The notes beneath the pieces are model-generated. The model was not told the DNA's origin. It did not search any database and saw nothing but the letters and a program-made list of their open reading frames with translations. This document shows, piece after piece, positions 46,961 through 56,358 of a stretch of DNA of 59,006 bases (within the stretch, counting starts at the first letter, position 1; each line of letters starts with the position of its first letter). Source of the DNA: an uncultured Flavobacteriales bacterium (GTDB taxonomy: Bacteria > Bacteroidota > Bacteroidia > Flavobacteriales_D > Crocinitomicaceae); NCBI GenBank assembly GCA_903899795.1, contig CAIUKX010000197.1, positions 1 to 59,006 of the forward strand. Reading direction: 5' to 3'. Made by a program: the position numbers and the translations under genes.

Positions 46961-47088
46961 TATAGACTCAAGACCGCTGCGCTCATAGATTCAAGATTTT
47001 AAGACCAAAGTATTTTAAATCGTTTGACTGTCTTTTTTGATAAACCTTTCGTGAGTCTTATGTCTTGCTTCTTTCAGTCTTTCGTCTA
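46958..47088. repeat. AGAC/GTCT inverted-repeat element starting at the lepA stop codon
   Basis: TAG-TA-TAGACTCAAGACC...TAGATTCAAGAT-TTTAAGACC (left) and GTGAGTCTTATGTCTTGCTTCTTTCAGTCTTTCGTCTA (right, 47050-47088). Confidence 0.65.
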
Positions 47089-47105
47089 ACATTACAGGTG
47101 TCAAC

Positions 47106-47136
47106 AAAAAAGGCTCCCAATTGAGAGCCTTTTTTT
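47106..47136. terminator. Bidirectional intrinsic terminator (lepA / acidic-protein operon)
   Basis: AAAAAAGGCTC-CCAATTGA-GAGCCTTTTTTT. Confidence 0.7.
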
Positions 47137-47153
47137 ATAGTATCAAGAGATAA

Positions 47154-47555
47154 TTATTCATCATCCTCTTCGTCTTCTTCATCCTCGTCATATTCCTCTT
47201 CAGCCATATCATCTATGTCATCATCCTCATCGTCGAAGCTTACTTTTTTCGATTTTTTTGGCACGTCATCGTCATCATCTTCCTCCAGATCATCCGGTTT
47301 CACCAATGTATCTTCGATTGGATCATCGTCATCGTCATCATCATCGTCATCCAATGCTCTCGTCATCGTTTTGGTGATTTTTACTAAATAGATAATTTCA
47401 TCCGTTTCCCAAATCAAAGCATCTAAAGTTTCTCCCGCAGGTGTTCTTATCTGAGTGACGTGACTCCCATATCCTTCCGGAAAACTCTTTAAGATTTCTT
47501 TTTTCTGTTCAATGGTTAATTTGTCATAACTAACAATCGATCGCTTTTTGGCCAT
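47154..47555 (-). CDS. Conserved hypothetical protein with an extremely acidic C-terminal tail
   Basis: A globular N-terminal ~65 aa (MAKKRSIVSYDKLTIEQKKEILKSFPEGYGSHV...) followed by a D/E-dominated tail that includes a D10 run. Confidence 0.8.
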   Translation of the reverse strand: MAKKRSIVSYDKLTIEQKKEILKSFPEGYGSHVTQIRTPAGETLDALIWETDEIIYLVKITKTMTRALDDDDDDDDDDPIEDTLVKPDDLEEDDDDDVPKKSKKVSFDDEDDDIDDMAEEEYDEDEEDEEDDE

Positions 47556-47566
47556 GAGTTTAACTT

Positions 47567-47872
47567 TTATATTTCCAATTTAATAATTCTTCTTATCGGT
47601 ATCACCACATTCTGTTTCAATAATATGGCGTTATCTGTGATCGCCCAGATCGTAGTGTTTACAACTTTGTCCCCTTGATCATCTGCGAAATAAATTTTCA
47701 CTTTTAAATGCTCAATATTACCTAAAGAAATAGCTCTGTCGAGTTCTCTTTTCAGATTTTTTTTATCTGCCTCCTTACTAAGTACATCACCTTCCGGAAA
47801 ATGAAAGGTTGAAATAACTTCTTTCTCTACTAACTCGAAACTCTGAGTATCCATTTTTTGATTTTTGAGCAA
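47567..47872 (-). CDS. Small conserved hypothetical protein
   Basis: 101 aa, ending 11 nt upstream of the acidic-protein gene start (probable operon). No family recognised. Confidence 0.65.
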   Translation of the reverse strand: MLKNQKMDTQSFELVEKEVISTFHFPEGDVLSKEADKKNLKRELDRAISLGNIEHLKVKIYFADDQGDKVVNTTIWAITDNAILLKQNVVIPIRRIIKLEI

Positions 47873-48145
47873 AAATAAATAAATGATTTACAATTCTACT
47901 ATTTTATTTCAGGATAACAATCGAAAAATAGGAAAAAAAAGTGGAACGAATTGAGATGGTAATATTTAGCCCAATTTGTGATACTTTGTTTCATTGAAAA
48001 AATTAGAAGTCCAATGTTTTTGGGACAATAAAGATTTTAACAGTTAAGAATCGGAATTGAGACGAAATCTCGTGGGTAACTGAATGTATAAAGCAATGTG
48101 ATTTACTACTAGCTGAAAATGGTTTGTCTTTGATTAAAATTTTAG

Positions 48146-48188
48146 TGTTTACAAGGGTATAAAGGTTTTTAACGGTTAAACAACAGTT
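48146..48188 (+). repeat. 43-nt conserved intergenic motif, copy B
   Basis: TGTTTACAAGGGTATAAAGGTTTTTAACGGTTAAACAACAGTT; 38/43 identical to 35094-35136. Confidence 0.7.
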
Positions 48189-48303
48189 ATTTTTTACAAC
48201 GATTTTCGTGAGGTCTAATAACTTTCAAACCAGATAACTTTCCTCTTATGAGTTCATCTGTCAATATTTCATAACCCTTGTCGAAGTTCAGCATTAAAAT
48301 CCG

Positions 48304-48311
48304 TACCTTTG
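48304..48311 (+). promoter_or_regulatory. -7 box TACCTTTG upstream of era
   Basis: Matches TAnnTTTG, 22 nt upstream of the era ATG; a TTG lies 23 nt further upstream. Confidence 0.45.
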
Positions 48312-48332
48312 TGATCCAAAATTAGAAATAAA

Positions 48333-49208
48333 ATGTCCCATAAAGCAGGGTTTGTAAATATAGTTGGTAGTCCAAACGTAGGGAAATCTACATTGATGAA
48401 CCGTTTGATGGGCCAAAAATTGTCCATTGTAACATCAAAAGCACAGACAACAAGACATCGAATCTTGGGAATTGTCAACGAGGAAGATTATCAGATTGTA
48501 TTTTCGGATACTCCAGGAGTTGTGAATTCAGCTTATAAAATGCACGATGCAATGATGGGATATGTCAATACTGCATTGCAGGATGCAGACATTTTGATAT
48601 TCATTACGGATATTTTTGAAGATGAGATGAACCATGCGGAGACACTGGCAAAAATTCAAAAGCTGAAAATCCCGGTCATTACATTGATCAATAAAATCGA
48701 TTTGGGTGATCAGGAAAAAGTAATGGAGCGAATTACTTATTGGCAGGAACGTTTGCCGGATTCGTATGTGTACCTGATGTCGGCATTACACGGATTTAAT
48801 ATTGATCTTCTTTGGGAACGAATTTTAAAACTCACTCCTGAAAATCCTGCCTATTATGATAAGGAGGATATCTCAGATCGCCCGATGCGTTTCTTCATAT
48901 CTGAAATCATTCGTGAAAAAATATTTGTCCATTGCCAAAAAGAAATTCCATATTCGTGTCACATCGATATTGAAGAATATATTGAAGAGCAGGATTTGAT
49001 CAAAATTCGTGCAATCATCATTGTTGAACGCGATTCTCAAAAAGGAATTGTAATCGGTAAGGGTGGAGAAATGCTGAAGAGAATCGGTCGTGAAGCCAGA
49101 AAAGAAATGGAACCGTTTGTTGGAAAAAAAGTTTTTCTTGAAACCTTTGTTAAGGTAGATAAAGACTGGAGAATAACAGACAGTAAATTGAAAAAATACG
49201 GATATTAA
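48333..49208 (+). CDS. era: GTPase Era
   Basis: GSPNVGKSTLMN, DTPG, NKID, C-terminal KH domain. Confidence 0.97.
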   Translation: MSHKAGFVNIVGSPNVGKSTLMNRLMGQKLSIVTSKAQTTRHRILGIVNEEDYQIVFSDTPGVVNSAYKMHDAMMGYVNTALQDADILIFITDIFEDEMNHAETLAKIQKLKIPVITLINKIDLGDQEKVMERITYWQERLPDSYVYLMSALHGFNIDLLWERILKLTPENPAYYDKEDISDRPMRFFISEIIREKIFVHCQKEIPYSCHIDIEEYIEEQDLIKIRAIIIVERDSQKGIVIGKGGEMLKRIGREARKEMEPFVGKKVFLETFVKVDKDWRITDSKLKKYGY

Positions 49209-49213
49209 AAATA

Positions 49214-49241
49214 GATGTTGGATGTTGGATGTTGGATTGAA
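49214..49241 (+). repeat. Tandem heptamer array (GATGTTG)x3 + GATTGAA between era and der
   Basis: Three exact tandem GATGTTG copies begin 6 nt after the era stop codon. Confidence 0.8.
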
Positions 49242-49282
49242 TTAAACGTTGAACACAAAATCTGTAATTTGAAAAAGAAAGA

Positions 49283-50593
49283 ATGAGTAACATTATAGCA
49301 ATAGTAGGTCGTCCAAATGTAGGTAAATCTACTTTATTCAACCGTTTGACAGAATCATCGAATGCCATTGTAAAAGAAATCAGTGGTGTGACGCGTGATC
49401 GTTTATATGGGAGAGGTGAATGGAATGGTTACCAGTTTTCTGTGATCGACACTGGTGGGTATGCCAATGGAACGGAAGATGTTTTTGAAGCAGAAATTCG
49501 TAAGCAAGTACTTATTGCGATTGAAGAAGCAAATGTGATTGTTTTCATGGTGGATGTTACAACCGGGATTGTCGATCTGGATGAAACTGTAGCTCAGCTG
49601 CTTCGGAAATCAAAGAAAAAAATATTCATCGTTGCCAATAAAGTGGATAGTAATTCACGATTGGGACTTTCTTCGGAGTTTTATCAATTTGGATTGGGAG
49701 ATGTATACGATATGTCAGCAACCAATGGAACAGGAACAGGTGATTTATTGGACGACATCGTGAAACATTTCGATCCGGATGATGATTCGGTTCGTGAAAA
49801 AGATGATTTGCCAAGAATAGCCATTGTTGGTAAACCGAATGTTGGAAAATCATCATTGGTCAATGCATTAACAGGGGAAGTAAGAAATATTGTAACCGAT
49901 ATCTCAGGAACAACGAGAGATGCTATCAATACACGGTACAAAGCGTTTGGATTCGATTTCATGCTCGTTGATACGGCTGGAATTCGTAAAAAAGCGAAAG
50001 TGACGGAAGATCTAGAATATTATTCTGTGCTTCGTTCAGTAAATGCCATTGAAGAATCGGATGTATGTATTTTTATGATCGATGCGGAAGAAGGAATTCA
50101 AAAGCAAGATTTACATATTTTTTACATCATCGAAAAAAATTCAAAAGGAGTTGTCGTCTTGGTCAATAAATGGGATTTGGTAGAAAAAGAAACCAATACC
50201 ATGATGGCTTACGAAGAAAAAATTCGTGAACAACTGGCTCCTTTCAATGATGTTCCGATTATTTTTACTTCAACGATTACAAAACAGCGTTTGCATAAAG
50301 CAGTAGAATCGGCTATGCAGGTGTATGAAAACAGAACCAAGAAAATTCCTACGTCTGTAATCAATGACGAGATGCTTGCGATTATCAATGCAACGCCTCC
50401 TCCTTCGATTAAAGGAAAATATATTCGCATCAAATACGTTCAGCAACTTCCGACGTATGGACCTTCATTTGCTTTCTTTTGTAATTTACCTCAGTACATT
50501 CCAGATAGTTACAAGCGTTTTTTAGAAAATAGGTTGCGTGAGAAATTTGATTTCTGCGGTGTTCCGGTTCGTATTTATTTTAGAAAAAAATAA
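49283..50593 (+). CDS. der: Ribosome biogenesis GTPase Der (EngA), double G-domain
   Basis: IVGRPNVGKSTLFN and IVGKPNVGKSSLVN P-loops, KH-like C-terminus. Confidence 0.97.
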   Translation: MSNIIAIVGRPNVGKSTLFNRLTESSNAIVKEISGVTRDRLYGRGEWNGYQFSVIDTGGYANGTEDVFEAEIRKQVLIAIEEANVIVFMVDVTTGIVDLDETVAQLLRKSKKKIFIVANKVDSNSRLGLSSEFYQFGLGDVYDMSATNGTGTGDLLDDIVKHFDPDDDSVREKDDLPRIAIVGKPNVGKSSLVNALTGEVRNIVTDISGTTRDAINTRYKAFGFDFMLVDTAGIRKKAKVTEDLEYYSVLRSVNAIEESDVCIFMIDAEEGIQKQDLHIFYIIEKNSKGVVVLVNKWDLVEKETNTMMAYEEKIREQLAPFNDVPIIFTSTITKQRLHKAVESAMQVYENRTKKIPTSVINDEMLAIINATPPPSIKGKYIRIKYVQQLPTYGPSFAFFCNLPQYIPDSYKRFLENRLREKFDFCGVPVRIYFRKK

Positions 50594-50598
50594 GCTTA

Positions 50599-51528
50599 TT
50601 GACAGTGAGATACGGTGCAATTGACATAGGAACCAATGCTGCTCGATTACTTGTTGGAGAAGTAACGACCGAAAATGGACATTCTTTTGTGAAGAAAATA
50701 TCCTACACTCGAATTCCACTTCGATTGGGGGAAGAAGTATTTGAGGATGGGAAAATTTCTTCAAAGAAAGCAGCTGATTTTGTGAAAACGATCAAAGCTT
50801 TCCGTTTAATTTCCGAAATTTTTGAAGTAAGAGAACTTCGTGCGTGTGCTACATCTGCTATGCGTGAGGCTGTAAATGGACTAGAAATAAAAGAATTAAT
50901 CAAGAAAGAGACAAATGTTGAAATCGATATTATCAGTGGAAATGAGGAAGCCGATTTGATTTTCGGGACCTTCTTTCTGTTGGATTTTGATAAAAACGTT
51001 TCGTTTGTTGTCATTGATGTTGGGGGAGGAAGTACCGAAGTCAGTGTTTTTGAAAAAGGCGAAAGACTTGCAGCCAAATCCTTTGAAATCGGGACGATCC
51101 GTTTGTTGAAAAATAAGGTAAAAGATTCCATTTGGAAAGAAATCCATGCCTGGATCGGAACACATGTTGATGTGAAAACGGTGCATCAAATCTTTGCAAC
51201 GGGAGGAAATATCAATAAAGTACACAAGATGTTAGGTGCACAGCACATGGAAACAATTTCTGTACGTAAAATGAAAGAGTTGAGAGACGAAATCAATGAT
51301 TTGTCACTGACACAGCGTGTAGAAAAATTCCAGTTGAAACCCGATCGGGCGGATGTTATTGTTCCAGCGATTGACATCTATGTCTATATCATGAAAGAAC
51401 TCAAATGCAAAAATATTATCGTTCCCAAAATCGGTCTTTCGGATGGGATGATCTATGATATGTATTTGAAAAATAACAAAAAAGGTAAAAAAATGATTCC
51501 TAGTAGTATAGGTGAGAAAGTGAATTAA
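50599..51528 (+). CDS. Ppx/GppA family phosphatase (exopolyphosphatase-like)
   Basis: ASKHA-fold motifs GAIDIGTNAARLLV and VIDVGGGSTEVS. TTG or GTG start. Confidence 0.85.
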   Translation: MTVRYGAIDIGTNAARLLVGEVTTENGHSFVKKISYTRIPLRLGEEVFEDGKISSKKAADFVKTIKAFRLISEIFEVRELRACATSAMREAVNGLEIKELIKKETNVEIDIISGNEEADLIFGTFFLLDFDKNVSFVVIDVGGGSTEVSVFEKGERLAAKSFEIGTIRLLKNKVKDSIWKEIHAWIGTHVDVKTVHQIFATGGNINKVHKMLGAQHMETISVRKMKELRDEINDLSLTQRVEKFQLKPDRADVIVPAIDIYVYIMKELKCKNIIVPKIGLSDGMIYDMYLKNNKKGKKMIPSSIGEKVN

Positions 51529-51597
51529 TCTTTAAGTTTAAAGCAACGAAGGGTTTGATTTGTCCGTCTAGATGCTGACTTAATAAATTACTTTACT

Positions 51598-53880
51598 ATG
51601 TATTTTAAATTAACTACCTTAAAAATTTCCCTTATTGCTTTTCTTTTTTCCTTTAACCTAAGTGCTCAGTCATTGGTATTATCCTCAGCAGCAGGAACGG
51701 AAGCACAAACAATTTGTGAAGGTACAACACTGACTACTATTGAATATACAATTGGGAATGGAGCAACTGGTGCTTCAATTACATCAGGAGCGTTACCAAC
51801 TGGAGTAACTGCTACTTTCGCAGCTGGTGTGTTTACAATTAGTGGAATTCCAACTGGAATAGCTGCCGCCTATAACTACACTGTTGCAACAACTGGTGGA
51901 GTCAATTCAGCCGCATCTTTAAGTGGAACAATCACCATTTTTCCTTTTGTAATTCCGACATTTAATGCGATACCAGATCTTTGTTACGGAAATACTGCTC
52001 CAACTTTTCAATATCAATCATTAGAAGGGATTCAAGGAGTTTGGGCTCCTCAATTTGTACCTCAAGTAGGTACTAATACATATACATTTACCCCTTCTAT
52101 TGGGCAATGTGGGACAACTTGTACAATGACGATTACAGTCAATCCATCCACAAATTTCTCACCCATAGCAAGTACATCAACAACTGGTTGTGTGGGATCT
52201 ACAATTCAATTATCGGATGTAACTGCTGGTGGTATATGGTCAACCCTTACTCCAGCAATAGCCGCTGTTGATAATAATGGTGTGGTTACTTGTATTTCTC
52301 CGGGAACAACAATAATTAGTTATGGACCAATGACAGGTTGTGGAACTCCGGCAACTATTAGCATTACAGTGAATCCTGTTCCTATTCCACGTACGGTCAC
52401 TAGTCCCGTTTCTTACTGTCAAGGTACGGCTGCAGTAACTCTTTCCGCTACAGCATCTTCAAATGCAATAATAAATTGGTATCAATTTCCAGTAGGTGGT
52501 GTTCCTCTTACAGTTACTCCAATACAAAGTACAGCTATTCCATTGATGAATACCTACTATGCTTCAGAAACTGATGTGTCATCTGGATGCGAAAGCGAGA
52601 GAGTGCCAGTTGTTATTATGATAAATGCAATACCTACGATTTCTTTTACAGGTAGCACTGCTGTTTGCGAAGGAGATGAAGCGATGATCGCGGCTACATC
52701 GACAACTTCAAATTGCACGTTTTATTGGGTGGGTCCATATGCAACCTTTGGATCTACGGCTTCAATAATTATCACGAATGTTGGTATTAATGCTACTGGA
52801 GATTATATATTCACAGTTACTGACCCGAATGGTTGTTTGACAAATGATACTGTACATCTGACGGTAAACACTCCTATCACACCAACGTTTACTTATCCAG
52901 ATACGATCTGCCAGTCTACTTCATTTATGTTACCGACTTCAGTAGATGCTCCAACAATCTCAGGAACCTTCGAACCATCTCTGTTATCTGGACAATTGGG
53001 AACAACAGTCTTTACATTTACTCCTACTGCTGGTCAATGTGCAACACCAACCACTTTATCTGTTACTGTGTTGTCATGTACTGGTTTAACTGCGAATGTT
53101 ACACCAACGACTGTATCGGCAAATGGAATTTGTGATGGAACGGCAGCTGTCAATATTACATCAGGTTTGGCACCTTATCATTATTCTTTTTCAAATGGTA
53201 CAACTCAATCTGCTGCAACTGGTTTATGTGAGGGATTACAAACAGTTACTGTTTCTGATGCAAATGGTGATACACTTAGTTTGAATTTCTTAATACCAGC
53301 TCCTGCCAATACTACGTCAACTAACACCTATTTGGATTCAACTATTTTTGATACGCTTTATAATGTTGCTGTAACCAATTGTATTATCGATTATTTCCAA
53401 GTTGATTCAGCAGTAATTACGAATTATACTGTACTTCCAAATGATACTGTGAATGTTACTTGGACAGTATACAGCGGTGGTGTAGGAACTTCATTGAATG
53501 AAACCTACGTTTTGAATGCAGGTTCTGGCGTATATGTAATTGCGCTTGAGGTATATTGTCCGCAAAAATCTTTTGGACACTTTTTGGTAGCTTATGATCA
53601 ATTGTATTATAATGCAGCAGATGCCGGATTAGCCGAAATTTCTAATGATGATTTGCTTGTCATTGCACCGAATCCATTTCAAACCAGTGTTAAATTAGAG
53701 CTTCGGCAAGAACATGATGGAGAAATTATGGTTCGGGATATTACCGGAAATTTAGTTTATACCTGTTCATTTTCAGGTAAATCTATTCATTTGAACTTAG
53801 ATCAATTGGCTAGCGGAAATTATATTGTTGAAATGATCACAAAGGATGCTAGTATCATTAAGCATATCATAAAACAATAA
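51598..53880 (+). CDS. T9SS-secreted surface protein: Ig-like domains, one SprB-type repeat, shared module, type A C-terminal sorting domain
   Basis: Signal peptide, Cys-framed Ig-like repeats, CDGTAAVNITSGLAPYHYSF (SprB repeat), C-terminal APNPFQTSVKLEL...GNYIVEMIT... CTD. Confidence 0.85.
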   Translation: MYFKLTTLKISLIAFLFSFNLSAQSLVLSSAAGTEAQTICEGTTLTTIEYTIGNGATGASITSGALPTGVTATFAAGVFTISGIPTGIAAAYNYTVATTGGVNSAASLSGTITIFPFVIPTFNAIPDLCYGNTAPTFQYQSLEGIQGVWAPQFVPQVGTNTYTFTPSIGQCGTTCTMTITVNPSTNFSPIASTSTTGCVGSTIQLSDVTAGGIWSTLTPAIAAVDNNGVVTCISPGTTIISYGPMTGCGTPATISITVNPVPIPRTVTSPVSYCQGTAAVTLSATASSNAIINWYQFPVGGVPLTVTPIQSTAIPLMNTYYASETDVSSGCESERVPVVIMINAIPTISFTGSTAVCEGDEAMIAATSTTSNCTFYWVGPYATFGSTASIIITNVGINATGDYIFTVTDPNGCLTNDTVHLTVNTPITPTFTYPDTICQSTSFMLPTSVDAPTISGTFEPSLLSGQLGTTVFTFTPTAGQCATPTTLSVTVLSCTGLTANVTPTTVSANGICDGTAAVNITSGLAPYHYSFSNGTTQSAATGLCEGLQTVTVSDANGDTLSLNFLIPAPANTTSTNTYLDSTIFDTLYNVAVTNCIIDYFQVDSAVITNYTVLPNDTVNVTWTVYSGGVGTSLNETYVLNAGSGVYVIALEVYCPQKSFGHFLVAYDQLYYNAADAGLAEISNDDLLVIAPNPFQTSVKLELRQEHDGEIMVRDITGNLVYTCSFSGKSIHLNLDQLASGNYIVEMITKDASIIKHIIKQ

Positions 53881-53918
53881 TTTCGTTCGGATTATAGTAA
53901 GTAAATCAGCTGAATATG

Positions 53919-53938
53919 AAGTAAGTAATCTTACTTTT
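53919..53938 (+). terminator. Hairpin downstream of the first T9SS gene
   Basis: AAGTAAG-TAAT-CTTACTT followed by TT; 7-bp stem. Confidence 0.45.
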
Positions 53939-54104
53939 CCATCTGTAAATAGATAAATTAACTCGATTTCGATTAACGTATTTTAATCTTTAACAGATAG
54001 ATTTCATTCATTCGGAGGTATAAAATATTCATTTATCGATAAAAAGTGGCAACTAAATAGAAAATCTACGTCTATTAATCGTTAACATTGTTCAACTAAT
54101 CAAA

Positions 54105-56300
54105 ATGAATTATTTTAAACTACATACTATGAAAACAAAAATTACAAATTGGCAATTTTGGATGTTTCTACTGATGTTCAACTTTGGTGTGAATGCTCAA
54201 AATCTTGTCACAACTACAAATTGCACAACCACTACAAATTGTGACGGGACTGCAACTTTTAATCCGAGTACTGTGAATACGACGAACTGGTCTTGGCAGC
54301 AAGATTCTGTAAACGTTATTCAGTCTGGTGGAACTACCATCGGAAATCTTTGTCCTGGACAATACTTTCTGGTATACATTGACGGGTCATCCAATACTGT
54401 TTACTCATCGTTTACCATTAACGGACCAAATACTAATCCTTGTTTGAGTTCTCCAATAACAGTTAGTGTTACTTCAACTCCAACCGTAATAGGTGCTTGT
54501 ACCGGAACGTTAAATGCTGTAGTTAGCGCAACACAAAATTTTACAATTAACTGGGCACCGAATTTCCCAAATATAGGAGGAATGCAGTCGAATGTGTGCG
54601 CTGGAACATATACATGTACAGTTTCCGGAAATAATGGATGTACAGTTACTCAAACCGTAGTTGTTGGGATTGACTCAACTTCAGCTAACCCATGTCCAAA
54701 TTCAACTTTAGCAGGATCTGTGTCAACAACAAATGCTTCAAATCCGAATTCATGTAACGGAACAGCTACATTGTCAGTTACTGGTGGTTTGATGCCTTAC
54801 AATTTTACAACAAATAATGGTGTAATGCAACCAGGAGGTGTACCAGTTTTCAATAATTTATGTGCTGGCGTTTGTACATTTTTTGTTCAGGATAGTTTAG
54901 GTTGTACAATCACTTTGACTGGAAATGTTGGTCTGGATAGTACAACAACTGGACCATGTGCAGGATCAACGTTGGCGGGAACGGTTTCAACTACTAATAG
55001 CTCAAATCCAACAATGTGTAATGGTTCAGCTGCTTTGGTTGTTACCGGTGGCTCGGCTCCTTATAACTATATGTTATCTAACATGCCAAATGCAGGAGGA
55101 AATACTTCAACGACTGGTAATGCAGTATTTGTCAATTTATGTCCTGGAATATATACGTTTATGGTACAGGATAATGCGGGCTGTATGATCACACTAACAG
55201 GAATAATCAGTGGTGACTCTACAAGTGTAGCTTCAAATCCATGTATGATGTACGGACAAGTAATGACTACGAATACAACGAATCCTAACACGTGTGATGG
55301 ATCTATTTCAGTAGTTGTTTCCGGAGGTTCAGGAAATTATGTGTATCAATGGAATAATGGAATAACTGTAGCCGCAGATTCAAATGTATGCAGTGGAGTT
55401 TATACTGTTACTGTTGCTGACAATAATGGATGTGTTATTACTGCTACAGGTTATGTCGGTACAGTTATGGATTCGACAATGGCAGGTAATATGCCTTTGA
55501 ATGGTTATGTGATCCCTTCATCAGTTTCAGCTGATGGAGTTTGTGATGGAACAGCAGCAGCAATCGTTTATGGTGGTTTGGCTCCTTATTCATACCTATA
55601 TTCGGATGGAAATACAAATTCGACAACAGCAAATTTATGCCAAGGACTTCAGTCTGTAATCGTTACCGATGCAAACGGAGCTAGTTTGAATTTAAGTTTT
55701 ATCATTTCTTCTCCTGCAACAACAATCAATACACCTAATTATGTTGATTCAACGATTCAGGATAGTACTTATGTTCCTGCAATCAACAATTGTGTAGTTG
55801 ATTACACATCAGTTGATTCCGCATTTATTCAGTCGTTCAATATTCTTCCAAATGATTCACTATCTGTGATTTGGAATGTGGTATTTGGTGATTCTTCAGT
55901 AACGGTAACAGTAACCTATGGTTTAGGAATTGGAACTACAGCTGCTCCGAATGGAGTTTACATGGTGGTTCTTCAATTGTACTGCCCGAATAAAAACTTG
56001 TCTAGTTATTTAACTGCTACTGATCAAATCTATTACAATGCGGCTTCAGCTGGTATTCATAACGTTGTCAAAAATCAGTTCTCGGTATATCCGAACCCAT
56101 TCAATGATCATGTAGTGATTCAATTGGAAAATGATCAACCATCTGAAATTTCAGTGACAGATATTACTGGAAAAGAAGTTTTCAGAAACAACTACAATTC
56201 AGAAACAATCAATATAGATTTATCAGCACTCGCTTCAGGTCAGTACATCTTGAATGTAAAAAATGGAACTGGAGTAATGAATAGAAAAATAATTAAATAG
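54105..56300 (+). CDS. T9SS-secreted surface protein with about 6 SprB-type repeats, shared module and type A C-terminal sorting domain
   Basis: Repeated CxGxAxxxVxGGxxPYxY...C.G.Y...V.D..GC units. C-terminal VYPNPFNDHVVIQLEN...GQYILNVKN CTD. Confidence 0.85.
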   Translation: MNYFKLHTMKTKITNWQFWMFLLMFNFGVNAQNLVTTTNCTTTTNCDGTATFNPSTVNTTNWSWQQDSVNVIQSGGTTIGNLCPGQYFLVYIDGSSNTVYSSFTINGPNTNPCLSSPITVSVTSTPTVIGACTGTLNAVVSATQNFTINWAPNFPNIGGMQSNVCAGTYTCTVSGNNGCTVTQTVVVGIDSTSANPCPNSTLAGSVSTTNASNPNSCNGTATLSVTGGLMPYNFTTNNGVMQPGGVPVFNNLCAGVCTFFVQDSLGCTITLTGNVGLDSTTTGPCAGSTLAGTVSTTNSSNPTMCNGSAALVVTGGSAPYNYMLSNMPNAGGNTSTTGNAVFVNLCPGIYTFMVQDNAGCMITLTGIISGDSTSVASNPCMMYGQVMTTNTTNPNTCDGSISVVVSGGSGNYVYQWNNGITVAADSNVCSGVYTVTVADNNGCVITATGYVGTVMDSTMAGNMPLNGYVIPSSVSADGVCDGTAAAIVYGGLAPYSYLYSDGNTNSTTANLCQGLQSVIVTDANGASLNLSFIISSPATTINTPNYVDSTIQDSTYVPAINNCVVDYTSVDSAFIQSFNILPNDSLSVIWNVVFGDSSVTVTVTYGLGIGTTAAPNGVYMVVLQLYCPNKNLSSYLTATDQIYYNAASAGIHNVVKNQFSVYPNPFNDHVVIQLENDQPSEISVTDITGKEVFRNNYNSETINIDLSALASGQYILNVKNGTGVMNRKIIK

Positions 56301-56325
56301 ATTACCACTACATCTGATGAAAAGG

Positions 56326-56358
56326 AAGCTGTCTCAAAAGGACAGCTTTTTTCTTTTT
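56326..56358. terminator. Bidirectional intrinsic terminator (T9SS gene / TonB-like gene)
   Basis: AAGCTGTC-TCAAAAG-GACAGCTT followed by TTTTCTTTTT. Confidence 0.75.

Noticed and set aside
49214-49241. CRISPR array or minisatellite interpretation of the heptamer and AAGAC arrays
   Set aside because: The units are 7-8 nt and contiguous, without unique spacers. There are no cas genes in the window.
48269-49962. Minus-strand ORFs 48269..48478, 49150..49368 and 49684..49962, which all contain a DFPTFGLPT / DLPTFGRPT motif
   Set aside because: The shared motif is just the antisense translation of the P-loops (G-x-PNVGKS-T/S-L) of era and of the two G-domains of der. It is a classic artefact, not a conserved protein family.
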